From the NCBI RefSeq assembly GCF_004010195.1, contig NC_057719.1, positions 91,934,372 through 91,998,371 on the forward strand: a stretch of DNA of 64,000 bases, read 5' to 3'. Of the stretch, positions 50,301 to 59,560 are shown piece after piece. The notes below the pieces were generated by a model. That model saw nothing but the letters and a program-made list of their open reading frames with translations. It searched no databases and was not told where the DNA came from. Source of the stretch: Chiloscyllium plagiosum. Its lineage: Eukaryota. The position numbers and the translations under genes were made by a program. Each line of letters opens with the position of its first letter. Position 1 is the stretch's first letter.

Positions 50301-53300
50301 TGAAGTGTTTAAACAAAATAAGTATTTTTTTCATCAACGCTCAAGGTTTAGTATAATGGGTAAAGGAGTCAGAAGCTATATGAGATATAGTGAGTTACAT
50401 TCTAGAATTTGCTGTCCGAAAGTGGGTGAAAGCACTTTTTGAAAGTATTTTTCAAAAAAGTGCTTCAGCACGGTGGCACAGTGGTTAGCACTGCTGCCTC
50501 ACAGCACCAGGGTCCCGGGTTCGATTCCAGCCTTGGGTGACTGTGTGGAGTTTGCACATTCTCCCCGTGTCTGCATGGGTTTCCTCCGGGTGCTCCGGTT
50601 TCCTCCCATAGTCCAAAGATGTGCAGGTCAGGGTGAATTGGTTATGCTAAATTGCCCGTAGTGTTAGGTGCATTTGTCAAGGGAAATGGGTCTGGTTCGG
50701 TTACTTAGATTCCCTACAGTATGGAAACAGGCTCTTCGGCCCAACCAGTCCACACTCTGAACAGTAACCCACCCAGGCAGAAGTGAGGACTGCAGATGCT
50801 GGAAACCAGAGTCTAGATTAGAGTGGTGCTGGAAAAGCACAGCAGGTCAGGCAGCATCCGAGGAGCAGGAAAATTGACATTTCGGGCAAAAGCCCTTCAT
50901 CAGGAATCCTTCCGTCGATTCTCCTGCTCCTCGGATGCTGCCTGACCTGCTGTGTTTTTCCAGTATCCCACCTAGACCCATTCCCCTACCCCATGTTTAC
51001 CCCTGATTAATGCACTAGCCTATTCCTGTACACTATGGGCAATTTAACAAGGCCAATTCACCTAACCTGCACATCTTTGGAGGGTCGGTGTGGACTTGTT
51101 AGGCTAAATGGCCTGTTTCCATGCCTTGGGTATCTAATCTAATCATTGGGAAAGAGAAGCTATAAGAATGTGGTTCAAGAGCAAGGAAGTGATTCCAATT
51201 GGCTAGCCAAGACACAGTGGCCTCCTTTTCTGTGAAGGGTGTGTTGTGGAAAGATCACCCGGCACTCTGAGAAAATGACCAAGAGAAGCAGAAAATCCTT
51301 CACCAAGTTTAAACTTTTATTTGCAAGTACAGGCTGTGGCAATCAGAAATGTCTTTCCTGTCTGCGTTTCCCCCCCCCCCCCCCCCCCGCCGGATCATCT
51401 GCAGTTTATACTTTCGTAGTTCCCACACTTATCTGATAGTATTCGCATAACCAATCATACTAGCTTGCTTTATCTTTCTAAATTAATCATGCCTGCGTGG
51501 GTTTCCTCCTAGCTGCCCCGGTTTCCTCCCACAGTCAAAAGATGTGCAGATCAGGGTGAATTGGCCATTCTAAATTGCCCATAGTCTTAGATGCATTAGT
51601 CAGAGGGAAATGGGTCTGCGTGGGTTACTCTTTGGTGGGTTGGTGTAGACTGGTTGGGGCGAAGGGCCTGTTTCCACACTCTAGGGAATCTAATCTTCTG
51701 CCACACTGGTCGACTGCTTACACTTAACCTGTCACATTCCACCACCGCCATCTTTAACATTAGCTCACCTATCATGTGACTTAACCAGACTATCATAGTG
51801 CGCTACCATTATCTGTTACCTGAGCCCTGTAACATGATCCAATACATGCGTTACACCACTATGTTAACTACTTAACTGCCAAATTAGCTTCCAAAGATGA
51901 TTGTGAAATACTTCCCTGTATATTAACAGGTGAAGACGAAGACGGTAGCCCAGTGTGTTGAATTTTATTATACGTACAAGAAACAGGTCAAAATTGGCAG
52001 GAACGGAGCGCTGATATTTGGCGATGCTTCTGACAATAAGAGTGAGGACGAGCCAGTCGAAGTTGACAGAAAGGTAAGGCCTGCTTTCTTTGGATGTTGT
52101 ACGATGTGTCTTAAGGTTGTAGATGGCATTCCAGGGAAGCAGTTATTTCTTGTCTAGATCATACTGAAACCATCGTCCTTGGGTCTGGTCTTACCGACAG
52201 CTTCTAGAACAGCAAATGCATTTCAGCGTTAATGAATGTGAAATGATACATTTTAGCAGGATGTATCCTTGTAAAATAAGAGTCTATGTGGGGGAAGGCC
52301 TGTGTGTCAGCAGTCGCAGGTTTAATGTGAAGGAGGGGGATTGGGTACTGGTTAAGCAGATTTGCCCTGATCTGGATGGTATCAATTGTTGGAGTAGCTC
52401 TACATCGGGGAGACTAGACACCTTCTTCTTGCCGATCGTTTTAGCAGAGAACATCTCTGGGACACCCGCACCCACCAACCCCACCGCCCCGTGGCTGAAC
52501 ACTTCAACTCCCCCTCCTACTCCGTCAAGGACATGCAGGTCCTGGGCCGCCTCTACCACCAAACCATTACCACCCGACGCCTGGAGGAGGAACATCTCTT
52601 ATTCTACCTTGGGACCCTGCAACCATATGGGATAAATGTGGATTTCAACAGCTTCCTCATTTCCCTCCACCCCTCATTATCCCAGTCCCAAGCCTCCAAC
52701 TCAGCACTGCTGTCCAGACCCATCCATCACTGCCCCCTCTGACCTATCACCTTCTCCCTCACCTTCATCCACCTATCGCTTTCCCAGCTACCTCCCTCCA
52801 ACCCCAGCCCTGTCCCCATCCAATTTATCTCTCAGCCCCGGCCCACAAGTCTCATTCCTGATGAAGGGCTTATGCCCGAAATGTGGATTTTTCCTGCCCC
52901 TTGATGCTGCCCTGACCTGCTGTGCTTTTCCAGCATCACACTCTCGACTCTGATCTCCAACATCTGCAGTCCTCACTTTTTCCTGGAGCAGCAACCATCC
53001 AGGCAGATGAAGGGCATTCTATCACAATCCTGGCGTCTGTCTTGTAGGATTTGAATTCCTGCTCCAGAATATCCAATCTCTGATTTACTTACAACAGCAT
53101 CTTATCTGCAGCCAGTCAAGTTCAGTCTCTCGTCAATAGATTCCCTAGTATGTTAATGATGGGGCTTTGTGATGGTAATGCTATTGAAAGGCTAAGGGAA
53201 ACAGCTAGGCTTTCCCTTGTGGGAGATGGTCATTGTCTGGCACTTGTGATGCCACTAAATGTGGTTCAATATAGTCCATGTCTTGCTGAATGTGGCATGG

Positions 53301-56300
53301 GCTACATATAAACCAATGAAAGGATTTGGACCGCTTGTATGAGCTAATGGTAAAATGTGACTGTATTAAAGCCAAGCAGAGTTAAAGATTTCAATAGCCA
53401 CAATTCATTAAACATAAACGCGGCTACTGCATTCGCTGTGAAATTATGTAGCACTTTCTATGATTTTGGGATACTCCAAAGTGCTTTGCGCTACATTAAG
53501 TATGATTAAAATATAGTCGTGCAGGAAATGGGATTTCATCAACCCAAAACTGATATTGGGTTAAAGCAGCTACTATAAGAACACATTGTAAAACTCGTAC
53601 ATTTTAAGGAGTCTCAAAACTAGAATTCCAGAGCCTGTCATCTAGAAATATGAAAAGAAGGGGGAAATTGGGCCTTGTGGGGGAAATGCCAGAGTTGGAG
53701 GAGTGCAGAGATCTCAGCCAGAGGACATTGTATCGCCAATGACATGGAGGGATTTGAACATGACTGTGAGAGTCGTCAAACCAATACGATGGCGATAACA
53801 AAGTTTGTTGGGCACAAGGATCAAGGGGTAAACAGAGCCGGTCTGAGTCAGAATGTAGTCAGCAGGGTTTGAAAACCATGGAATCCGTGCAGTGTGGAAG
53901 CAGGCCGTTTGGTCCATCTAGTCCACACCGACCCTCTGAAGAGCATCCTGGCCAGATCCAGCCCCCTACCTATAACCCTGCATTTTCCATGGCTAATATA
54001 TCTAGTCTGCACATCCCAATGGCCAATCCACCTACCTTTACACATCTTCGGACTGCAGGAGGAAACCGGAGCACCCGCTGGAAACCCGCACGGACACAGG
54101 GAGAATGTGCAAACCCCACACAGACAGTTGTCTGAGAGTGGAATTGAACCAGGACCCTTGATGATGTTTGGCAATGGTGCTAACCACTGAGCCACTATGC
54201 CACCCCAGGGTGAAGAAAGGCAGGCTAACCAGGACAGTGTTGGCGTAATTGAGTCTGGAGACAAACAAAGGCAACGGATGAAGGTTTCAGCACCAGAAGT
54301 AGAGACAAGTGCCAAGTGGAAATTATTAAAAGAGGTTGCAGTTAGTTGATTTGCTGTGAATTCACACGTTCTGTCACCTTCCACATCCATCGCACAGTAC
54401 GGTCTGCAGCCCAGCTCCCTCCTTAACATCTCAAATTTCTTTTTTTTTAAAACAGGATTCTCTCCCTCGTAGAACCCGAGCACTTTACACAACAGAAGTT
54501 AAGGAAGAGGAGGATGAAGAGGAAGATGAAGATGAAGATGAGGAGGAGGATGAGGAGGACGACGAAGAGGAAGAGGAGGAGGATGGCCGGGTTCACAAGA
54601 AGCTGATCCTCCCCCAGGCTAAGGTCGTGAAGACTGAACAGACCCCCGCAGCTGTAAGTTAATTCGGTTTCAGAGTGTTAATGAATTGTTAGACTCAAGG
54701 GCATTTATTAGTTGCAATATAAACAGTTTTTCATAAAAGAAACCTGCCAGTTTGCCTGGTCCATTGGCATCATTTCTACCAGTGGCCGGACTAATCAGCA
54801 TACTCTGCTCATTCAACATGAAAATGTTGTCCCCTTTAACATTGGCATTTCTGGTAAATTGTCCTGATGAGTGCAAAATGAAAAGCTTTCACATATGTCT
54901 TTTTTTTTCAACATTAATCAAAGGAACCTTTATTTCTATAGCCCTCCTATCTCAGTTAGTCACTGAGGTAACACAAGGAAGGATTGGGCCTGCATTTCTG
55001 GGGAATTTAAGACTTGTATTTGACCCTAACCGAGCATGTGGGGGGTGTGGTGGAAGCAAGGAAAAAGGCCACTGTGTGATAAGAGGGAGATGAAAGGCTT
55101 CCACTTCGCTGGTGCCCTTCACAACTTGGGTCAAGAAGTGTTTTGAAGTGTGCTGGCTGTGTTGTGGGAAGCATGCCAGGCAATGTATGCCTGGCAACCT
55201 TCTCACAGATAGCAATGAGATAAATGTCCAGAGAAGCAGCATTTGTGAAGTTAAGATTGCAGGAAAAATATAGGGTGGGACACAGGCAAAGTTCCCCGAC
55301 TCGTCAAAGCACTGCCCAGAATCTTTCGCACTCGGCTCAGAGGGTGGTACGGGGAATTGATTGTACGTCCTATTTGAAAGTCAGCACCTCTGAGAGTCAG
55401 CGCTCTCTCAGTATATTCTTTGATTAGCGCAGCGGCCCATCTCTTTCAGAGCACCGTTTAAATGGGAGAGAAATATCTGCTTTAATTGGAGTAACATGAG
55501 CAGGAACAACAGCATGTAAAATCAACCTTTGCATCTGGTTCACGACGGTTCTAATTTCCCTGAGATGGTCTGCACGTTGAGGTGCCCACTGTTGGGATCT
55601 CCGTGGCTACCCAGTATGAGCGCCCCTCCCCCGGTTAAGGGCAGCCAGAGTGACAGCCCATGGGCTCCAGCCATCCTGCACCTATTGATTCAGGCAGTTT
55701 CATAAGACGTCCCTCTGACCTGCCTGCACTGGACAGCCGTGTGTAACTCAAAAGTTGAGGAACAACCCCTTCAGGGACTGTGATCTCTCATCCAGAGTGT
55801 AAAAGTAAGGCCGTGGACTCACCCCACTGGTGTACTGGACAATATTTATTCCTCAATCGAGTTTACTAAAACCAGAGTGTCTAGTCATTTTTGCATTGCC
55901 CTCTGTGGGACTTTGCCGGGTGTGAACTGGCCGCTGCGTTTTGTGCTCAACAGCACGGCAACTCTGCAAAGTCGGTGCTTTGTTGGCGGTAATGTTTGCT
56001 GAGGTTGTGAATAAGGGTTTATATGGTCAGAAGTCCTTTGGTGACGTTGTGTGCCGGAGGGTTTCACCATTCTGATCAACTCTTCCTGTCTCACCCTCTC
56101 TATTTTGAAGCAGTCTCAAGGAGTTCACTTGCGGAAGAACCCTGACCCTACGTACCGATGTAGCTACAGACCGCGACAGCCATCACTGGCCATGGCACCA
56201 CCCCGCATGCCAGCCAGGAGCGAGCAGGCACAGTCGGGCGCCTCAGCCAAACACGCCAAGCAGACTCAGGAGAATATCTTCCCCTGCAAGAAGTGTGGCA

Positions 56301-57427
56301 AGTAAGTTGGGGTGTTGCAGGTTGAAGGTGAGGTGTTTGGTGTTATGCCCAGTTCTACATCCCTCAGGAGGGAGGGGGTAAAATGGACCAAGACCAAGTC
56401 TGCCGCTTCAGCCATTGGGTCACGCCACAGTGTTGGCACACTGACCAAGTGCAAGCTGTATTGCGAGGGATATGGGCCAAACGCAGGCAAATGGGACTAG
56501 GTCAGTTTAGGAAACTTAGTTGGCATGGACAAGTTGGGCTGAAGGGTCTGTTTCTGTGCTGTATTACTCTATCACTAAAAGACCCATCAAGGCTTGCCTC
56601 AGACCTCCTAGCAACTCTATCATCCCTGGGGTGAGGTAGCCAACAAAAGCAAACTTCGGTCCATAACAGAGCACCGAAACAGGAGGAGGCCATTCAGCCT
56701 GCCCTGTTATTGAGTTTGATCTTAGCTGATCTGTACCTCAAGACTATGTAGTTACCTTTACTCCAGCTAGCACAATTCTGAGAATTCCAAATGATCCAAA
56801 TGGGGTGACATGGTGGCTCAATGGTTAGCACTGCTGCCTCACAGCACCAGGGTCCCAGGTTTGATTCCAGGCTCGGTCGACTGTCTGTGTGGAGTTTGTA
56901 CGTTCTCCCCGTGTCTGTGTGGGTTTCCTCCAGGTTCTCTGGTTTCCTTCCACAGTCCAAAGATGTGCAGGTCAGGTGAATTGGCCATGTTAAATTGCAC
57001 ATAGTGTTAGGTGCATTAGTCAGAGGGAAATGGGTCTGGGTGGGTTACTCTTCAGAGGGTCAGTTTGGACTGGTTGGGCCTGTTTCCACACTGTAGGGAA
57101 TCTAATCTAATCTAATCCACACAGCTTTTTGAGGTGGGGAATTGCAAGATTCCCTTTAGGTAAAAGTCTGGCTGACTCTCTGAAAGGACCTCTAAGGGAA
57201 TGATGCCAACTTGGTCAGGAGCTGCGTTCTGAGTCTAACCTCTGACCTTATATTTCCGTTCCAGGGTTTTCTTCAAAGTGAAGAGTCGGAGTGCGCACAT
57301 GAAGAGCCACAGTGTCCAGGAGAAAAAGCAAAGGGAGGCGGAGCTGAAGAATCGTGTTACGGAGGATGAGCAGAGAGAAGAGCAAGAGAAGTACAGTGAT
57401 TATTCTGATAGCTACCAGGATGTGTAA
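11048..57427 (+). CDS. MIDEAS: MIDEAS/ELMSAN1 (mitotic deacetylase-associated SANT domain protein), 12 coding exons, about 1317 aa
   Basis: The spliced exons listed below join in frame with GT-AG ends (total 3954 nt including stop). Motifs match recalled vertebrate [63 protein letters not shown]2 ([14 protein letters not shown]...[15 protein letters not shown]), SANT ([11 protein letters not shown]...[35 protein letters not shown]) and a C-terminal C2H2 finger. Confidence 0.95.
11591..12310 (+). repeat. Coding minisatellite: 13 units (9 x 60 bp, 4 x 45 bp) encoding QQSNQ(LQSNQ)[10 protein letters not shown]
   Basis: Units read directly, starting at 11591, 11651, 11711, 11771, 11816, 11861, 11921, 11966, 12026, 12071, 12131, 12191 and 12251. 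Confidence 0.95.
15135..16215 (-). mobile_element. Old CR1 LINE 3' fragment
   Basis: [39 protein letters not shown]. Confidence 0.8.
19424..19992 (+). mobile_element. Penelope-like element 3' fragment (GIY-YIG endonuclease remnant + terminal repeat with hammerhead)
   Basis: Translates to ..[44 protein letters not shown]..; inserted within the CR1 APE region. Confidence 0.85.
19930..19969 (+). ncRNA. Minimal type-I hammerhead ribozyme motif (family B)
   Basis: CCA-CUGAAGA-U-GUUACC UAGUA GGGUGAC-GAAAC-GUC-UGG, just 3' of a GIY-YIG coding remnant. Confidence 0.78.
20339..21428 (+). mobile_element. Penelope-like element (RT fragment, N gap, terminal repeat with hammerhead)
   Basis: [34 protein letters not shown]...WVRYVDDTF...LPFLDV are PLE-type RT motifs, with no stops in the visible part. 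Confidence 0.88.
21315..21354 (+). ncRNA. Minimal type-I hammerhead ribozyme motif (family B)
   Basis: GCA-CUGAUGA-U-GUCGCCU AGCC AGGGGAC-GAAAC-GUU-UGC, 3' of a Penelope-like RT segment. Confidence 0.75.
22895..23855 (+). mobile_element. CR1 LINE 3' fragment split by a minus-strand SINE (23171-23460)
   Basis: [16 protein letters not shown] and [18 protein letters not shown]; the sequence resumes after the SINE. Confidence 0.87.
24580..24713 (+). mobile_element. 134-bp Penelope-derived terminal-repeat insertion with 13-bp TSD
   Basis: CCATATCCCTCCA at 24567-24579 and 24714-24726; empty site in the neighbouring duplicate. Confidence 0.85.
24584..24619 (+). ncRNA. Minimal type-I hammerhead ribozyme motif (family A)
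   Basis: AUUC-CUGAAGA-A-GGGCA UG UGCCC-GAAAC-GUC-GAAU: intact core, stem II hairpin, stem I AUUC/GAAU, GUC cleavage triplet. Confidence 0.8.
26992..27294 (+). CDS. MIDEAS: MIDEAS coding exon 2 (TGESDSQEE...[15 protein letters not shown]...HLAQ)
   Basis: Polypyrimidine tract plus tgcag acceptor; donor CAG|gtaaca; 303 nt, phase 0-0. Confidence 0.92.
28190..28685 (-). mobile_element. Decayed L2-clade LINE 3' fragment
   Basis: [14 protein letters not shown]...LIYTGSH resembles the L2 RT C-terminus (LQLIQNSAARILT...LHWLP). Confidence 0.5.
29355..29712 (-). mobile_element. Penelope-like 3' terminus nested in a CR1 fragment
   Basis: Family-A terminal sequence plus the end of the coding region (..[12 protein letters not shown]); splits the CR1 sequence ggagacca|..|ccagaattgc. 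Confidence 0.78.
29421..29456 (-). ncRNA. Minimal type-I hammerhead ribozyme motif (family A)
   Basis: Reverse complement reads AUUC-CUGAAGA-A-GGGC CUGU GCCC-GAAAC-GUC-GAAU. Confidence 0.8.
30605..32470. mobile_element. Two CR1 3' fragments (minus about 30605-31560; plus about 31695-32470)
   Basis: [24 protein letters not shown] and [26 protein letters not shown]. Confidence 0.85.
34160..34890 (+). mobile_element. Penelope-like GIY-YIG/3' fragment with a nested inverted pair of family-A termini (about 34332-34507)
   Basis: Clearly similar to 19500-19990; degenerate hammerhead at about 34777-34813; the flanking ccact(c/a)tcacta is duplicated around the nested insert. Confidence 0.8.
35587..35926 (+). 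CDS. MIDEAS: MIDEAS coding exon 3 ([10 protein letters not shown]...[20 protein letters not shown])
   Basis: tctttgcag acceptor; donor A|gtgagt; 340 nt, phase 0-1; contains the conserved ELM2-SANT family motif. Confidence 0.95.
37202..37268 (+). CDS. MIDEAS: MIDEAS coding exon 4 ([23 protein letters not shown])
   Basis: ctctactctag acceptor; donor CC|gtaagt; 67 nt, phase 1-2. Absent from the ORF track and found by reading. Confidence 0.92.
37435..42085 (+). mobile_element. Cluster of plus-strand CR1 fragments (about 37435-39580 old; about 39605-40940; about 41575-42085)
   Basis: [49 protein letters not shown] and repeated 3' tails. Confidence 0.82.
38096..38413 (+). mobile_element. Full-length tRNA-derived V-SINE (HE1-like) with 7-bp TSD
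   Basis: A box TGGCTCAGTGG, B box GGTTCGATTCC, V-core tgtgtggagtttgcacgttctccccgtgtctgcgtgggtttcctccggg, CR1-like tail; TAATGTC at 38086-38092 and 38414-38420. Confidence 0.88.
42377..42519 (+). CDS. MIDEAS: MIDEAS coding exon 5, ELM2 N-part ([17 protein letters not shown]...DLVFKPW)
   Basis: ccccag acceptor; donor G|gtgaga; 143 nt, phase 2-1. Confidence 0.95.
43601..43704 (+). CDS. MIDEAS: MIDEAS coding exon 6, ELM2 ([35 protein letters not shown])
   Basis: ctccccctgcag acceptor; donor CTG|gtgagc; 104 nt, phase 1-0. Confidence 0.95.
43743..44364. repeat. Compound microsatellite (CTCTCTCTCGCG)n / (CT)6(CG)3-type 18-mer / (CTCTCTCTCATT)n / (CA)n
   Basis: Directly visible, starting 39 bp into the intron after coding exon 6. 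Confidence 0.95.
45758..45833 (+). CDS. MIDEAS: MIDEAS coding exon 7 ([26 protein letters not shown])
   Basis: ttccaacag acceptor; donor G|gtaagt; 76 nt, phase 0-1. Confidence 0.93.
47570..47658 (+). CDS. MIDEAS: MIDEAS coding exon 8, SANT N-part ([29 protein letters not shown])
   Basis: caacag acceptor; donor CTG|gtaaga; 89 nt, phase 1-0. Confidence 0.95.
47849..47884 (-). ncRNA. Minimal hammerhead motif (family A, GUU triplet)
   Basis: Reverse complement AUUC-CUGAAGA-A-GGGC UCAU GCCC-GAAAC-GUU-GAUU. Confidence 0.7.
48495..50055. mobile_element. Penelope-like fragments: minus-strand 3' end (about 48495-49005) and plus-strand RT-to-3' end (about 49010-50055, with gap)
   Basis: [43 protein letters not shown] is the PLE RT/thumb region; family-A terminal sequence at both outer ends. 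Confidence 0.8.
49957..49992 (+). ncRNA. Minimal type-I hammerhead ribozyme motif (family A)
   Basis: AUUC-CUGAAGA-A-GGGC UUAU GCCC-GAAAC-GUC-GAUU, located downstream of a Penelope-like RT fragment and an N gap. Confidence 0.75.
51930..52073 (+). CDS. MIDEAS: MIDEAS coding exon 9, SANT C-part ([26 protein letters not shown]...VDRK)
   Basis: attaacag acceptor; donor AAG|gtaagg; 144 nt, phase 0-0. Confidence 0.95.
52380..52985 (+). mobile_element. Penelope-like element 3' fragment (GIY-YIG remnant + family-A terminus, degenerate hammerhead about 52855-52890)
   Basis: YIGETR...[45 protein letters not shown]. Confidence 0.82.
54456..54653 (+). CDS. MIDEAS: MIDEAS coding exon 10 (acidic D/E tract)
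   Basis: T-tract plus aaacag acceptor; donor GCT|gtaagt; 198 nt open frame [49 protein letters not shown]..., phase 0-0. Confidence 0.88.
56114..56301 (+). CDS. MIDEAS: MIDEAS coding exon 11 (...[14 protein letters not shown])
   Basis: NAGNAG acceptor (start 56111 or 56114); donor AA|gtaagt, phase 0-2; encodes the first half of the C2H2 finger. Confidence 0.9.
57265..57427 (+). CDS. MIDEAS: MIDEAS last coding exon ([21 protein letters not shown]...YQDV*)
   Basis: ttccgttccag acceptor; completes C-x2-C-x12-H-x3-H; TAA at 57425-57427. Confidence 0.93.
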
Positions 57428-59560
57428 CGATGGAGAAGGCGTCCAGCTCCCCTCAACAGGTCTGCAATCTCAACAGGACTCGGCCTGTTGGCCATGACCT
57501 TCTCCTGAGAAGCTTCGCCTGTATCTCTTTGTCATCATTTCTTGCCCACCCCTGGCCTCCCAGACTGGGAAGTGGGGCTAGTGTGCTTTTTAGGGCTGGA
57601 GTAACAGCAGTGTTGGCAAACCAAGATTACACATTGGAAAATCTTATGCACTCCTTCTCAATTGTACCTGCTTGACGGAACACTTCCCTTCACCCGCCCT
57701 TTCCCTTTTTTTAATGTACGGTTGCACAACAGATTTTCTGCACAGATTGAGCGATCGCTCTGGTGCGGTGTTGCACATGCGTAAAGTGTGGAATTGATTA
57801 ATCTTATTGTTGCTCAGCAGAAACAGGCTTGGGACTTGTATTCAACTTAAAGGAATCACCGCATTTGTAATTTTACATCACACTATACAGAATGACATTG
57901 CATGACTTCAGGCTACAATAATAAAGATGAACAGCCATGACAAACTGTCAGTTTAATACAACCTAACGTACACGCAGTTAGGCAGTTTGAGTTTGGTACT
58001 TCATGTGAAATCTTTCCGAAGATCTGATTTGAACTCTGGGGTCAGAGCTGACCTGCTCCTCAGTAATGCACATCCATGTTTATGGAACATACTGAGAATC
58101 TACCGACCGTGGGTGGTTTATTCTTTGGACTTAAATCATTCAGCTTCCACAGTGCCCAGACCCGGCGACAGTCTGGATGTGTTGCCCTCTCATCTGACAT
58201 TGAATGATGAGGGTGCTGTTGTATGAGGTTGTATGCTGGGGACTTGCAATCTGTTACGTTCTTTCTCTGCAAGCAAGTTTGTGAAATTTGCCGAGCTAGT
58301 GACTGGGTCTCGCTTTCAATGGGTGTCATTTGTTTGGTCCTGGTCCTTCTAAGACTTTTGCCTTGAGACTGGTTCCACTGGTGTCATCAACCACATGTCC
58401 TGGCCCTCACCTGCAGTGTGCCACTGTCATATGAAACCATGCTGCCCTTCACAGTTGCTGCAAGTTGGCAATCTTCCAGGCTGGCACAGGCCTTTTCAAA
58501 AATAGTGGCTGGCAAGCTATCAATTCTACCAGATCTATACCATGGAGATTCATAATTTCCTTTGCTACCACTTCTCCTATTTTTAAATTACATTTCCTCT
58601 GTTGGCATTTAGTTGAAGTGAACTTTAATGAATGATGGGAGCTATGCTTTCGTACCATTGCCAGCTGTGGTTGGATGTGTTCCTGGAGGCACGTGTCAAA
58701 TATCCACATTTTTATAATGGATTAACCATCTATAAATAGGGACAGACTAAGTAAAAAATAAAAGCAGACATTCCCTTCATTGGTTTTTGGGAAGGTTTTT
58801 CTCCCAGAGTTGCAGGCAGCAGCTTTGACAACATTATTCTTTAATTTCTGGAGAGGTTGACATTCTCTTCCGTTGGGCCACATATTTGAAAAAAATATTG
58901 TGCACTTGTGGCAATCTTTCTTACTAGATATTTAACAAAAATCATTGGATTATCACAGCACCTTTTGAGATTTCTGGGTAGGCAGCCCTTAAGCTGGGCA
59001 ATGTGTGGTCCTCTTAGCTCAGCGACTACTTCACCCCTTAAAAGCTGGTCTCGCTTGTATTGCCATTGTATGTAGAGCACAAAGAGTATCTGTATTATCC
59101 GGATTACAGCTGTGACTGTCAGCATTGAATTTAGCAGCCTGTTTTACTATGGGCTTTGTAAATACACCAAAAAAGATGATGTTATTTATTCTTACTATGG
59201 CTTATTTGATTTCTGTATAAACTTTATAAAGATTTATAAAGACTTTTAGTAAGGCTGGCCTGTATAATTTTTTTTGTGAATGATTTTGTACATTTTGTTT
59301 TTTTTTTGTCCCCTCCACCCCTCCCCTCAATCTTATTTACACCGGCTTACAACAGCAGGTTGGGACCCCCTCATCACCTACAGAATACAGTCTTTCCACA
59401 ATGTAATATTTGTATTTTATTTTGTATCAATGATTTGAAGCTTTGTTTTACAAAAGAAAGAGGTTGTAAATATACCATTATTAAATGTAACTGCAGTTCA
59501 ATTTTTCAATTAAGTTGTTTTTCTGTGGATCAAAGTAAAGAACATTCAAAGTCTGTGATA
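57428..59560 (+). other. MIDEAS: MIDEAS 3'UTR (end approximate)
   Basis: About 2.1 kb free of recognisable TEs, becoming U/A-rich distally; candidate poly(A) signals ATTAAA (about 59480) and AGTAAA (about 59534). TEs resume at about 59680. Confidence 0.6.

Noticed and set aside
35587..57427. Assignment to the paralogues TRERF1 or ZNF541
   Set aside because: Those proteins carry additional C2H2 fingers. [25 protein letters not shown] and the N-terminus fit MIDEAS as recalled; a reciprocal BLAST would confirm.
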